Notes: a model not told the origin generated them from the sequence alone. Shown: positions 1 to 12,637, numbered from the stretch's first letter. The stretch is 64,000 nucleotides of DNA from Paraspadella gotoi (GCA_051294375.1 CM119263.1:3680785-3744784), one strand, 5' to 3'. Made by a program: numbers and translations.

Positions 1-498
1 GGAAAGGGGGAAGAAGGAAAATAAGAAAAGAGAATATAGTGAAAAAAAAGGAAAAAAGGAAAGGGAGGAAGAAGAAAAAAAGAAAGAGAATAAAGTGGAG
101 GACAAAAACAAAAAGGAAAAGGAGGAAGAAGGAAAATAGGAAAGAGAATATAGTGAAGGAAAAAGGAAAAAAGGAAAGGGAGGAAGAAGAAAAAAAGAAA
201 GAGAATATAGTGGAGGAAAAAGGAAAAAGGAAAGGAAGGAAGGTGGAGGAAGAAGAAAAAAGAAAGAGAATAAAGTGGAGGACAAAAGGAAAAAGGAAAG
301 GGAGAAAAGAAGGAAAAAAGGAAAGAGAATATAGTAGAGAAAAAAGGAAAAATGGAAAGGGAGGAAGGTGGAGGAAGGGGGTAAGAAGGAAAGAGAGGAA
401 GGTTGAGGAAGAAAAAAAAATTAAAGAGAGAAAAAGAATAAAGTGGAGGAAAGAGGAAAAAAAGTTGAAGAAAAGAAAGGAAAGTGAAGGAAAGAGAA

Positions 499-896
499 AA
501 CAAGAACGGTAATTCAAATGTGTTGCGCCGCAGTGACCATAGCACGTGTTTATTTTAACATGATATGACATTATATGACATGACGACGTGACATGATATG
601 ACTACATGACTACCATAACTTTCTTGGCCCGTGCATTTATGACAAGCACTCCATCGGAATTTGTCTTTTGCCTTTTGTCTTTATTTCCTGAAGGTGGTGC
701 TAGCAGTCCCTTAGATTTGAGGTTTTTTCTCGTCTTAACAAATGATCAAACAACTATATTCAAGTTATGAAAATTTTTAACGTAAGTGGGACAGACCGAC
801 GGACAGGCATACCAATGGACCGACCGATCGACCGACAGACCGACCGAAAATTGACTTACTGAGTTGTTCCGCGAGTATTCGCGTCGCAACTAAAAA
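499..896 (-). mobile_element. Non-autonomous DINE-1/HINE-like (Helentron-associated) element, family 1
   Basis: On the minus strand: T-run, 5' hairpin AGTTGCGACGCGAATACTCGCGGAACAACT, (GGTC/GTCG)n microsatellite, internal (CATGT/CATAT)n pentamer repeat, 3' subterminal GCGGCGCAAC, and end AATTACCGTTCTTGTT. Homologous to the copies at 13237, 26596, 28252, 40535 and 48308. Confidence 0.7.
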
Positions 897-1677
897 GAGG
901 AAAGTTAAAGGGGAGAGAGATATTGATCAATAAAAGAGACGGGAAGGAAAAAGTAAAACAAGTAAATGGAAAGAAGGCATGGAATAGGAGGAAAGTAAAG
1001 CAAGGAAGAGCAAGGTGAAGCAAGGTTTAGAATAAAAATGAAAATAAAGAGGAAGGAAAAGATATAGAAATGAGAAAGAGAAAATGTGAGAGAATATAAA
1101 CGACGTCGGGAGTTTTGATTGGTCAGAAATTTTATCCAATGAGATTTCTTTTCTGAGCGACTCTTATTTCGTTTAAAAAACTTGCGATAAATAGGGCTTC
1201 TTCGATAATTACAATAAGTGAGTATAATGATTAATGTATATTTTTTTGAAATATTTGTAGTATTATCAAATATTTGGTTACCTTTTGATTTGAAGGAGGA
1301 GAATTTCGCTTTGACTCTCGATGTGATTGAATACATTTTTTGTTTTTTTTCTTTAGCGACATCGAAAAAAAAATTGAGACTAAATTTTAATATATATAAT
1401 TATATATATATGTATTAAAAGGAAAACAAATAGCCTCTAGGGCCGTATATTTATTTTTAAAAAATAAGGAAAAAGGCATTGGTTTTATTTTAATCAGATT
1501 TAAAGTCAAGTTTGTTTTTTAATATATACAAAGTGTCAATTTTTTTTTGTGGATAATCGCTTACTTTTTTTTATTACGTTTTCTTTTCATCAAGTTTCTC
1601 GTAAGTTTAATTTTTTAAGCACTTGGAGTGGAAATTAGTTAAGTTTTAGACGTAATTCCATGTACTTTTACAGCCGG

Positions 1678-1678
<1 letters not shown>

Positions 1679-1713
<35 letters not shown>

Positions 1714-1732
1714 AAGAGAGAGAAGAGAGAGA

Positions 1733-1765
<33 letters not shown>

Positions 1766-2035
1766 AAATATCGACAAAGACTTGAGTCTATCGACGAAGG
1801 CCTGTCAAGAGACGATCAGGTGCGGTCACGACGACGGGAAGGCGATAGAAGGAGACAGGCGTTAGAGGGAGAGGGAGAGAGAGACAGGCTTTAGAGGGAG
1901 AGGGAGACTGGCGATAGAGGGAGAGGGAGACAGACGATAGAGGGAGAGGTAGACAGGTGATAGAGGGAGAGGGAGACAGGCGATAGAGGGAGACAGTGAT
2001 AGAGGGAGCGATAGAGGGAGACAGTGAGAGAGAGT
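1679..2035 (+). repeat. (AG)n microsatellite followed by a ~24-bp GAGACAGGCGATAGAGGGAGAGG minisatellite (duplicate ~14476-14850)
   Basis: Direct reading of repeated units. Confidence 0.85.
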
Positions 2036-2349
2036 CAGCTCATTAGAAAGAAAAGAAGCATTCGAGTGAGACTAAGTCAGGCTCTCCTTGAGGACGACAG
2101 TCATTAAACGCAGATGACAAGCGTTGGAGTTTGAACGAGAGACGGTGAATAGTTCACAGTGAAAGTCTCACGAAACGCGCGAAGGCGAAGTGAAGGAAGT
2201 GGTGATCAGAATTTGACAAAAAAAAACCCAAAAAAAAACGATAGTTTTTTTCGGTGATTTGTCGTTGGGGATCAGTCTTAGGTAATTATTCTGGGGTGAT
2301 TCATCAAGCAATGATATTTGTTAGTTTATGCTTATAACAGAAAATATTT

Positions 2350-2619
2350 TTAAATATTTTTCCGCCAAAGTGAGTTTTTGTCGATCTTCCTCCGTGAAAA
2401 GTGATCACCGATCATACGAATTCTCTTTGTGATTTCCTCCTGTGATTCTGTCCTCTGATCTTCGACCTCGTGAATCTCACGCGTCTCAGTTATCCAATCG
2501 ATTTTTCGAGTCACGAATCGCGACTCGCCCGCAGTCGTTGTTGTGGTCGTTGTTGTTGTTGTTGTAGCTTCATTACCGTTGGTGACCAAATTGAAGTCTA
2601 GATTCAATGATGTCGCCAC
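2350..2619 (-). CDS. Candidate small protein or exon with a poly-Thr tract and a BH3-like motif (EITKRIRMIGDHFS); frameshifted duplicate at ~15180-15470
   Basis: The sequence after the poly-Thr is protein-like, with motif spacing I-T-K-R-I-R-M-I-G-D-H-F. There is no in-frame ATG as assembled; an ATG lies ~13 nt upstream across an A9 homopolymer. Confidence 0.3.
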   Translation of the reverse strand: MATSLNLDFNLVTNGNEATTTTTTTTTTTAGESRFVTRKIDWITETREIHEVEDQRTESQEEITKRIRMIGDHFSRRKIDKNSLWRKNI

Positions 2620-3640
2620 AGTTTTTTTTTCATCCTTTGTTTCTTCCTTGTTTTTTTTTTGCTTCTGTTTTTATTTAATTTCAGATAGTTTTTGATTGTT
2701 TGTCAACTGTCAAAAAAAGAAATCACAGAATGATAATAATAAAAACAACAAAATAACATCAACAACAACAACAACAACAACAACGACGACGACGACGAAC
2801 GCGATGAAAAAAGATTCAAGTTTCTCCTCTTCACTTTTTTTTCACATTTTTTTTCTGACGCTTTCGTCGTCTGACTTTTGTTTTCATGTTTGCATGCGTT
2901 TGCATGCGTTTGCATGTGAACGAGGCAACAGCGACTGGTTTCTTTCTGTCCTCCCGTCTTGCTTGCATCTCTTTTGCTTGGTTCTCGACCTGCCTTCGCT
3001 CGATGGACGTTGAGAAATAAGAGGAGGTAAGCAATGGTGGATGTGAATCACTGAACTGTTAAAAAAGTGTGAAGAAGTGATGGGTGAGGTACGAGTGAGA
3101 AAAGACGAGTGGTAAGTTAAAGTTAAAGTAAGTTAAAAGTATCGAGTGTGAAGGTAAAATCGATGAAGGTTTTTTATCGATGGAAAAACTCAGATCCGAT
3201 TTTAACCTCGAGGACAAATTTAGACAAATTTAGACAAATTTAGACATCTTTGTTCTTCTATTTAAAGAGAAATAGTAGAAAAGTGACGAATGTTTTAGAA
3301 CACAGATATTATTACATTTTATAATGAAAAATAAATGAAAAGAAAGCGAAAGATTAAAATCGTAGTACTAATGAATGAAAAAAAATGTATCTTTATTTTT
3401 AAAAAAAATTAAAGTTTATCATTGATTTATTTTTTTAGTTAGCTGTCCGTCGGGACCGAGGAATTTATTTTCAAATTTGTTTACCCTAACGAGGACGCGC
3501 ATGCGCAGAAGGCGAAGGGGAAAAACATAGCAACAACAACAACAACATCTCTCTCTCTCTCTCTCGAGATTCTTACGCGCGACCAAACAATGAAAGATAA
3601 AACTAAAAGGACATCGAAGTTCATAGGAAAATAAATGACA

Positions 3641-3890
3641 TCTGATATCTGAGTGGAGCCGAAGTCATTTAAAAGGTGATATCTGAATGGAGCTGATGTC
3701 ATTTACAAGGTGATATCTGAGTGGAGCCGAAGTCATTTACAAGGTGATATCTCAGTGAAGCTGAAGTGATATCTGAGTTAAGCTGAGCTGAAGTGATTTC
3801 GGAGTATAGTTGAAGTCATTACAAGGTGATATCTGAGTAGAGCGAACCTTCGTTAAGCGGCAGTAAGATATCTGAGTAGAGCAGAAGCCA
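3641..3890 (+). repeat. ~34-bp minisatellite AAGGTGATATCTGAGTGGAGCCGAAGTCATTTAC (duplicate ~16488-16745)
   Basis: About 7 degenerate units, each with a GATATCTGAG core. Confidence 0.85.
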
Positions 3891-4710
3891 TTACTTTTTT
3901 TTAAAACGTGAAAGAACGATAACAACAAGGAGGGCTGACGAGGATGAAAATGACGACGAATAACGACGAAGAGAACGAATGAATGACGACATTGACGCGA
4001 CGAAACACTGACCAGGACGACGATACCGATGAACGACGACGACCGACGAAGACGACGACGACGAGTCCACGACCTGTAGCGATAAACTTTTGACGTGAGG
4101 GAAGACAAATGAATAATTATAATGATAAAGAAAGATGTTAAGTGGAAGATGAATAATTTGTCGATCTCCGAGAAGCTTGAAGAAAGTTGAATGACAAGGT
4201 TGATGTTGTATGTATATGAGAGAGAAGATAGGAATAATAAAAAAAATGTTCCTTAACTGATTTAGGGTTTGATTATATTAGACTTTTGATTATTTAAATC
4301 AAAGTAATCAAGAAAATACATTTCGACGGAGGGCGATTAACCTTTTACCCTAGTTAGTGAGATTAGCAGTAGAAGGGCTTACATTTAATTTTCAAATGTT
4401 AATGAAAAGAAATAGTAAGAAGATGTAAAATAGAAAAAAGCGGGGTAAGGAAAAACCAAACAAAACAAAAAAACAGCATCGAAAAGACGAAGTGAACGAC
4501 GACGACACAGCGACACGAGGCATAATCGGTTCGTTTGTTGACGATAAACAGATGTCGCTAAGAGAGAAAAAACTCGCAGATGGCGGAAGCCATAGATTTT
4601 CGTCGACAGGTTGCAAGATAATGGAAAATTGCTTCAGGTGCAAGCCGAAGCTGCCGGACGTTAGAGTGCAGATTGTGGAGGTGGCGGAAAGAGAAGAAGA
4701 GTGTGGCGGA

Positions 4711-5350
4711 GTGTCATTAATGTGTGGAAAGTATGGTATTTTAGAGATAAAATTGAATGTCATTATGTGTGGAAAAGTATGGTGTTTTAGAGATAAAATT
4801 GAATGTCATTTATGTGTGGAAAAAGTATGGTGTTTTTAGAGATAAAATTGAGTGTCATTATGTGTGAAAAAGTATGGTGTTTTAGAGATAAAATTGAGTG
4901 TCATTATGTGGTGAAAGTAATGGTGTTTTAGAGATAAAATTGAATGTCATTATGTGTGGAAAAGTATGGTGTTTTAGAGATAAAATTGAGTGTCATTAAT
5001 GTGTGGAAAAGTATGGTATTTTAAAGATAAAATTGAGTGTTCACTTGTGTGGAAAAGTATGGTGTTTTAGAGATAAAATTGAGTGTCATTAGTGGGGAAA
5101 AAGTATGGTGTTTTAGAGGTAAAATTGAGTGTCATTATGTGGTGAAAAAGTATGGTGTTTTAGAGGGTAAAATTGAGTGTCATTTTGTGTGGAAAAGTAT
5201 GCGCTGTTTTAAGAGGTAAAATTGAGTGTTCATTATGTGTTTGGAAAAGTAAGGTTGTTTTAGAGATAAAATTGAGTGTCATTATGTGTTTGAAAGTATG
5301 GTGTTTTGAGATAAATTGAGTTGTCATTATGTGTGGAAAGTATTGGTAGT
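4711..5350 (+). repeat. 46-bp minisatellite AGAGATAAAATTGAGTGTCATTATGTGTGGAAAAGTATGGTGTTTT
   Basis: About 14 head-to-tail units with no spacers. Confidence 0.95.
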
Positions 5351-5534
5351 TAGAGAGTAAGTATACTGTGGCCAGTGTGGGAATGGGTGTAGAAGGCGCG
5401 TCCTCTTCGGAGTTCTGGGGTTTTTCAAACGCCAAAGTCGATGACCCTCAGAAGTCAAGAATTTCCTTTCTCAATTTGAGGGGATCGAAAATCGAATTGG
5501 TTTTCAGATGGAGGATTAGCAGAATTGACGTGGA

Positions 5535-5850
5535 GATTGGGGTCTGCAATGGAGCATTGACAAGGGCACAGATTGGCGTTTCAATTGACGCACTGACGAG
5601 AGCAAAGATTCGCATCTGGAATGGCGTAATGACAAAGGCACAGAGTGGCATTTGCCTTGGCACACTGACAAAAGCAAAGATTGGTCTGCAATGGCGTAAT
5701 GACAGAGTATAGATTTGAGTCTCCATTGGCGCTCTGATTGGCATCTGTAATGGCGCAAGGTTGAAAGTCACAGATTGGCTTCAGCATTGGCGTAATGACA
5801 AAAGCACAGATTGGCTTTTGGCATTGGCGGACTGACGAGAGCAAACATCG
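5535..5850. repeat. Diverged 36-bp minisatellite (GATTGGCNNNTGCANTGGCGYAMTGACRARAGCAMA-like); duplicate 18364-18680
   Basis: Successive 36-nt units gattggggtctgcaatggagcattgacaagggcaca / gattggcgtttcaattgacgcactgacgagagcaaa / gattcgcatctggaatggcgtaatgacaaaggcaca / gagtggcatttgccttggcacactgacaaaagcaaa. Confidence 0.85.
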
Positions 5851-6177
5851 ACGATTGCTATTGCGATGCCAAATTGCGTATTCACCATTAATTCGAATCC
5901 AAATCAAATCTTCCAAAAGTCGAGTTTAGATTTTGGATTCAATGTGGCGTGTCAGTCGTGACAGAAGCTGTCACTGCGATGACAGGAAGATGTCACGGTA
6001 GAGAGGCAGGTGAGACCGCACGAACATCCTCGACGAGACGAGAGGAGATGGGATATGATGTGAACGTGAAACTAAATGAGGCGAATGAAAAAAAAATTTA
6101 AGGATGATGGGAAGATGAAAACGATTACGAAACGAAATGAATAGAGCCTGAGATAGATGATAGACTGGAGACGTAGA

Positions 6178-6285
6178 AATGACAGGAGAATGACACGGTT
6201 TTTGACGGAGATTTGACAGGAGATGTAACGTTGTTGACGGAAGATTGACAGGAGAATGACACGGTGCTGACTGACAAATGACAGA
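6178..6285 (+). repeat. ~33-bp repeat GACAGGAGATGACACGGTTTCTGACGGAGATTT x3 (duplicate ~19011-19110)
   Basis: Direct reading. Confidence 0.7.
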
Positions 6286-6434
6286 GATTAAGCGTTGGGT
6301 GACAGATATGATTGAGTGTGGATTTTTAGCTGGAAAGATAAAAACTGAGAAGAAGGAAAATCTTTTTCCGACTCCAGAATGTAAATAGATTCAGGTGAAC
6401 GGAAAAAGAATAAAAGCAAACGTAGTTTATGTGG

Positions 6435-6470
6435 AGGAGAGAGAGAGAGAGTGAGAGAGAGAAGAGAGAG

Positions 6471-6523
<53 letters not shown>

Positions 6524-6600
6524 AGAGAGGGAAGAGCACAGCGACCGAATCAACGGACGAGGACCACGTGGGAGAAGTGAAAGCGGGAGAGAGAGAGAGA

Positions 6601-6649
<49 letters not shown>

Positions 6650-6920
6650 AGAGAGAGAAGAGGAAAAGAGGGAGAGAGAGAGCAGAGAGAGAGAGAGGAA
6701 GAGAGAGAGAGGGAGAGAGAGAGAGGAGAAACGTTATTTGCGTTAATTTCCTGAGGCGAAAACGGAAAAATGATGGTGAAGCAAGTTTCTCCTTGGTTGA
6801 ATGTTTTCCTCTAATTTATTGTTCGACATCGTCGAGAGAAGAAGAGAGAGGAGAGAGAAAGGAGAGAGAGAGAAAAGAGGAGAGAAGAGAGGAGAGAGAG
6901 AAAGAGAGAGAGAGAGAGAA
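6435..6920 (+). repeat. (AG)n microsatellite tracts
   Basis: Direct reading. Explains the ERERER/LSLSLS ORFs. Confidence 0.95.
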
Positions 6921-7036
6921 AAAAAATTTCGTCCTAAAAAAAACGAAACATTTTTTTTTTCCTTTTGAAGTTTACGGCGAAAAAACACGGAAGATGATAA
7001 AGTGGAAAATANNNNNNNNNNNNNNNNNNNNNNNNN

Positions 7037-7408
7037 CTACATTTAATTTTAAATGTTATGAAAAGAAAAGTAAGAGAGTAATAGAAAAGCGTAAGAACAA
7101 AAAACAAAAAACAGCATGAAAGACGAAGTGAACGACGACGACAACGACGACAACGAGGCATAATCGTCGTTGTGACGATAAACAGATGTCGCTAAAGAGA
7201 AAAAACTCGCAGATGGCGGAAGCCATAGATTTTCGTCGACAGGTGCAAGTAATGGAAAATTGCTCAGGTGCAAAGGCCGAACGCCGGACGTTAGATGCAG
7301 ATTGTGGAGGTGGCGGAAAGAGAAGAAAGAGTGTGGCGGAGTGTCATTATGTGTGGAAAAGTATGGTATTTTAGAGATAAAATTGAATGTCATTATGTGT
7401 GGAAAAGT
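7037..7408 (+). repeat. Third partial copy of the 4378-4775 / 17228-17635 segment
   Basis: tacatttaattttaaatg...aaacagatgtcgctaaagagaaaaaactcgcagatggcggaagccatag...gagtgtcattatgtgtggaaaag matches both other copies. Starts immediately after a 25-N gap. Confidence 0.9.
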
Positions 7409-8409
7409 CCAAAAAAAATGCTTGATCTTTGATAAATAGAACAAATCATACATATCAGTACGGTTTTTGGATAGCTTATTGTCTTCTCCTACTAGATAAA
7501 AAAAAAGAAAAAGCATCATTAAATCTGCAATCTTGAATGCTAAGACTGCATATGACTGGATTTTTCTTGATGAAAATGCTATCAAGCCTCAATATATTTT
7601 ATACATTGTTATACAAAGATACGAGAAAGAACTGTAATTAGTTTTTACTATCTGTTTCAGGTAGAGCGCCGGGGGTAAATTTAGAGAGTTTATATTAAAT
7701 TTAGAGCAATAGAGGAAGGATATCAAGTTTTTGCGGCACGCTAAAAGCTTTTTTAAGCGCGTTCCGGTCTGTATTGAAAAATGGTTGACGTAGGTTATCC
7801 AATGAGGAGCATCAATTAAAAATAAGCATTGATCATGCGCGATCCGGGCCAGATAAGTACCATATTTCAACATGGCTTTACCGTAATTTTTACGTTTTAG
7901 AAAACGCGGTCTGTATGAATGTTTTGAATTTCACAACGCCTTGATAATTGGCGTTCTCAGCGTCGTTCTGTCGCCTTGTTAGTCTCTTTAATCTTTTATG
8001 CTCTTGAGGCCCTTCTATGATTGTTTGGTGCATAAGTGAACAAACACCCGTTCATACATCTTAGCATAAGGATCAGAGTGCCCTCTATCCTATTGATGAA
8101 ATACCGAGACTATTCGATACCCTCATCGAGACTCGAACTACCCTTATACTGCTGCGAACGATAACCGACCAGGATTGATGCGATGATAACGACGCGTGTC
8201 GCACTGATGTCTTGGTAATCATTGAAGCGATGATAAACAATACGTACCGAACAATCATTGATGCGATTGATAGTCCTTGCTTTGATACGAATGAATGTAT
8301 TCACTTGATCGCGATGACTAGTCCATTCACATTGAAATGGCGATAGAATTAGTCATTATCATGCTTGTGTCGCGATGCATGTATAGTATCTGGACGTGAC
8401 TGAACTCTT

Positions 8410-10135
8410 GAAAAAAAGTATGCAGTATTTTAAAAAAGTATGACAATCATATTACAAACGTATAGATCTATCAAAAAAGTAGGCATCTTTTTTCAAAAGT
8501 ATCACACACAACATCACTCTTTACTTCGCAACAGTACAACTCAGCACATACTTTTTTAAAAATGATCACTTTCTTTGAAGTATGCATACTTTATATTCTT
8601 TAAAACTACCTGCATACTTTTTAAAAGTCACATGACCATCTTCTTTTCAAAGCTATGCTCACTTTTTTTAATACGCACATACTTTTGAGATAGATGCGAC
8701 TAAACTTATTATATTAAAACATATGCTACTTTTTACAAAGTATGATCACTTTTTTCACCACAGGTATTCACCATCACTTTTTTCGAAGTATGCAGATACT
8801 TTTTTACAGTATGACATATATTTTTCAAGTGACTCGATACTTTATATTCAAAGTCATGCCATACTTATTTTTCAAAAGTATGGACATAAAATTCTATCTT
8901 CCACAAGATAATGACCATAACTATTTTCAAGTATTGATATCTTTCTTACAAGAGTATGCGATCTTTATATTAAAGTATGACACAATACATCTTTTTTCGA
9001 GCTACTGCCAAGTACTTAGTTATTGAAGTATGCATACTTTTTTGAGAGTGATCACACATTACTTTATTATCATAAAATAATGCCATACTCTTTCATTCAA
9101 AGTACTGGACAATACTACTATTGAATTTGCTACAATATTTTCACAGTATCCATCTATCTTTTTCAAAGTACGCACTACATTCTTACATTTAAATAATGCA
9201 TACATCTTTTGACAGTTGCATCTTACTCTTTAATATACTCGGGCGATATCTACTATCTACTACAAAGATATATGAATCTTCTCATATATCCTAGATATGC
9301 ATAATATTTTTCAAGATTGACTACGTTTCATTTCAGTATACAGCCATACTTTCTTTCAAAGATCATGACAACTACTTATCTTCATTCAAAATATGCCATA
9401 CTTCTTTCATAGTATGCACAACCTACATTTTCTATAGTATGATACTTTCATTCTCAAAGATAATAGAACATATTTTTTAATAAGATCAATAGCATTTTAT
9501 TCTAGACAGCTCATAGCCCAATACTTCTCTTTGGGACGCTAACTGCTACTATTTTGAAGTATAGCATACTATTTTTTAAAGATCATGGCAATACCTTTTT
9601 TCAAAGTATGCATACTTTTTTGAGATAATGCAGTACTTGTTTTTTAAAATATGCATACTTTTGGGCATATTTCTTCAAATTGCATAGCTTTTTTAAATTG
9701 CATACTCTTGCATACTTTTTTCAACTTGCAATACTTGTGTTACTTGCATCCTTTTTTTTAACTGTGCATCTTTTTTTTAACTTGCATACTTTTGGTTTAA
9801 CCTTGCATCCTTTTTCTTAACTTGCATACTTTATTTAACGTTGCATACTTTTGTTTTAACTTGCATACTTTTTTTTTACTTGCATCTTTTTTTTCAAATC
9901 TTGCATACTTTTTTTCAACTTGCATACTTTTTTCAACTTGCCATGACTTTGTTTTTAACGTTGCATACTTTTTTTTGAACTTAGCTCATACTTTTTTATT
10001 AACTATGCATACTTTTTTTTCAACTTGCATACTTTTTGCATTTGGCATGACTTTTTTTCAACTATTAAAATACTTTATCTTCAACTTGCATACTTTTTCA
10101 AACTTGCATACTTTTTTCACTTGCATACTTTTTTA
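8410..10135. repeat. ~1.7 kb degenerate ~20-bp tandem array with a TGCATACTTTTT core (AAAGTATGCATACTTTTTT grading to AACTTGCATACTTTTTTTC)
   Basis: Recurrent gtatgcatacttt and aacttgcatacttttt units. Noisy in the 5' part, cleaner at 9700-10135. Confidence 0.85.
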
Positions 10136-12044
10136 GCTGATTGGCACTAAATTATTCGTGAGGCAAATCCGATATTGTTTGCTCAAACTTATTTATAAAT
10201 AAAATTAGGATTCAGATATGACAAATTTTAATATTAAACCATTGTCGTCATCGTTATTAGTTGAATTAATGTTTATTATTTCATCCAACTTTGTCATAGT
10301 TTTATTGTGTATAATCATAGTCCAAAATCACACTTTTCTGTCAAAATGAAAATGATTGCCGATAAAAATGAAGAATTATCGTGAAGCTGACGATAGTGAA
10401 TTCTCAATCTTTAATTCCGACGTCTTGAATATACGATATTAATTTGAAATTGACGTTAGTTAAATAGTATTTTGCTGCAATATCACTCGCTATCTTTGGC
10501 AAATTCATAACTTGGTTTCGTTCTCTTAATGATTTATCTTACATATTCTGTTTATAATTTTATTATTTTTATCATTTACCTTTCTAATGAGTTACTTCTT
10601 TTTCCTTGTTCGCTTCTTCAATTACTTCTTACGAGGCCGCGGATTGGCGCCTAATCTGATTACCGATTTAAAGCTTAGTACTACGCGTAGTTCAAATCTC
10701 TTATTGGATGAAACGAAGTTTCGATTTTTAAGCGAAAGTTGATCGATTCGAAGCGCGCTCGATTTGTCGAGATCGTTTTTTTGGCCATATAAATCTTTTA
10801 AACGGTTATCCGATTTCTGATGACAATTTTTGTATGTAGATAATATTTGAATTTTCCTATCGATCTGGTACCTATGGTAGATAAAATTATGTTAAAAACC
10901 TACTAAATAGCTTTAGAAACGATGATCACCAACATCACCAGAAATATAGGAAAAAGAAAGAAAAAGGAAAAGAAAAGAGAGAAAGAAGATAATTAAAGTA
11001 AGAAAGAAGAATGACAATATAGTATATTGTAAGTGTAAAAAAGTGTGTTATTTAGCTGATATACAGCTGTCGATGGAACTAGAGTGGCTGTGAAGAACTA
11101 TGAATTAATGCAAAACAACAACAACAACAATGTTTTCTCAATTTAAACAAACACAAAGATGCTAAGAGAGAGAAGGATGAGAGAGAGAGAGAGAGAGAGA
11201 AACAAGGGAGAGACAAAATAATACATTATGTAATGTACGCAAGGAATAAGTTTAAACTAATGGTGATTTAACAAATTATTCTAATAATAAATAAATAGTA
11301 ATGAAAGGAAAAGAAAGTTTTTAAATGTGATGATACATTTTATGAAGGGATAGGATATAGTTTGAAGATATTGAAAATTAAAGAAATTAAGATAGGAATG
11401 AATCTAGTGGACAATAGGTGTAATTTTAAATTAGGATTGTCAAGGTTTCTTATGTTTTCAGTTAAAATATTTTTATAACAGGACTGCCCATGATGATGAT
11501 TCACGGCGGGACAGGGTTCAAACGTCAATCCCACAAAAATAGTGGCGGGGATTCTCCGCCGTGGATAGGCAGAAGGCTTCAAAGCAGTAATCCCCGTAAA
11601 AATAGTGGTAGGTGATTCCCAAAAACAGAGGAAAAAAGGAGTTTTGCGTGGAACAGTAAAAGAGGGTGCAGTTGAAACTGTCGCCCGTATAGCAGTTCAA
11701 ACCTTGCGCCTTATTGGACGGCGTCCATCACTCGTCTTTTCTAAAGTCACGCGCACATATCAAGATTTTGCTGATTGCTTATTTCTAAGCAAAAATACAT
11801 TTCTTTCTCTAAAGTAGCGTTTTTCTTCTGCTCTTATTGCTCACTAAGTTTTTCCTGTTCTCGCCCTTTCCTCCCTCTCTGCCCCTTCCCCTTCTCTCTC
11901 CCCTTTCTTCACGACTCGTCCACTCCCACTCCCCTCAACCCCTCCTGCCCCCTCCTTTCTCCTCTTTTATTATCTTTTGAGCTCTTGTGTCCTTGTGTCT
12001 TTTGATTAATGACTTCAACTTTCAAGCGGACCATTCATCGAAGA

Positions 12045-12637
12045 TCAGCGATCAACTCCGTTCCCTTCGCCTCGGGCTCCAATTTCGGCGTTGGTTTCCT
12101 CTCGACTGATGGGAGTCTGGAGGTGGGCGGCGGCTGCGGCGGCGGCGGCGGCTGCGGCAGCATGGCGGGCGGTTGAGGTTAGCTCTCGAAGAAAATATTG
12201 GGCCGAGAATTGAAGCCGTTTATCGATGGTCGGGATCCTTGGCGCCAACGCCTACCAATGCTTTTCTCGCAAACGAATGCCGAACGGCCTTGGCAAAATC
12301 GACCGCCGAATAAGCGTTCACTATATAGACGCCACGTGCCACGGTCAGCGTTTGCTACGACCGCAATTTCGGAATATTTGTCAGCACGGTCATTGACTTC
12401 CAAAGCCGTCTGGCAAATGTACTTATCTTGCACGGGTTATAACGACACGGTGTGCAAGGTGGTTTCTGGAATTAAGTTTTGGCCTTTGCGTGTCTAGCCG
12501 GCTAAGGCCTTCATCAAGTTAAGACGTCATCCTTGCCACGGACGTGTCCGCAACCTTTCCAAGGCCAGACGGCTGCCAGGCAGCGGGCGCCCTCCTCGTC
12601 ATCCTGAACCTTCGGCCTTGGCGTCTCAGACTTTCTA
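12045..12637 (-). CDS. Probable terminal coding exon of an unidentified gene, broken by several indels; has a C-terminal poly-Ala tract
   Basis: GC-rich island preceded on the minus strand by the acceptor CTCTTTGTTTCCTTTCGCAG. Protein-like segments in alternating frames: KVQDDEEGARCLAAV, IPETTLHTVS, DKYICQTALEV, MTVLTNIPKLRS, RGTWRLY, VNAYSAVDFAKAVRHS, APRIPTIDKRLQFSAQYFLRELTSTARH(A)11HLQTPISREETNAEIGARGEGNGVDR-stop. Confidence 0.55.

Larger units (their letters stand above)
1..7011 (+). repeat. Copy A of a ~7 kb direct segmental duplication (copy B at ~12733-19603)
   Basis: Colinear near-identity with 12733-19603 across unique sequence. Examples: 3790-4200 vs 16640-17060 nearly identical (same ORF MSSLTSKVYRYRSW... 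in both), 5400-6420 vs 18230-19260, and a shared end gataaa(g)tggaaaata. Differences are mostly 1-2 bp indels. Ends at a 25-N gap. Confidence 0.95.

Noticed and set aside
39-512. K/E/R-rich ORFs (also 6429-7119, 12618-13309, 25574-26083, 47874-48119, 62024-62483)
   Set aside because: Translations of purine-rich or (AG)n/(AAAG)n low-complexity DNA that lacks stop codons by composition.
4711-5350. Regular 46-bp array resembling a CRISPR array
   Set aside because: Units are head-to-tail with no unique spacers, there are no cas genes and the context is eukaryotic. It is a minisatellite.
7410-8400. Non-repetitive stretch with short ORFs
   Set aside because: No recognisable domain or splice signals. 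It lies in what looks like unpolished read sequence after a 25-N gap.
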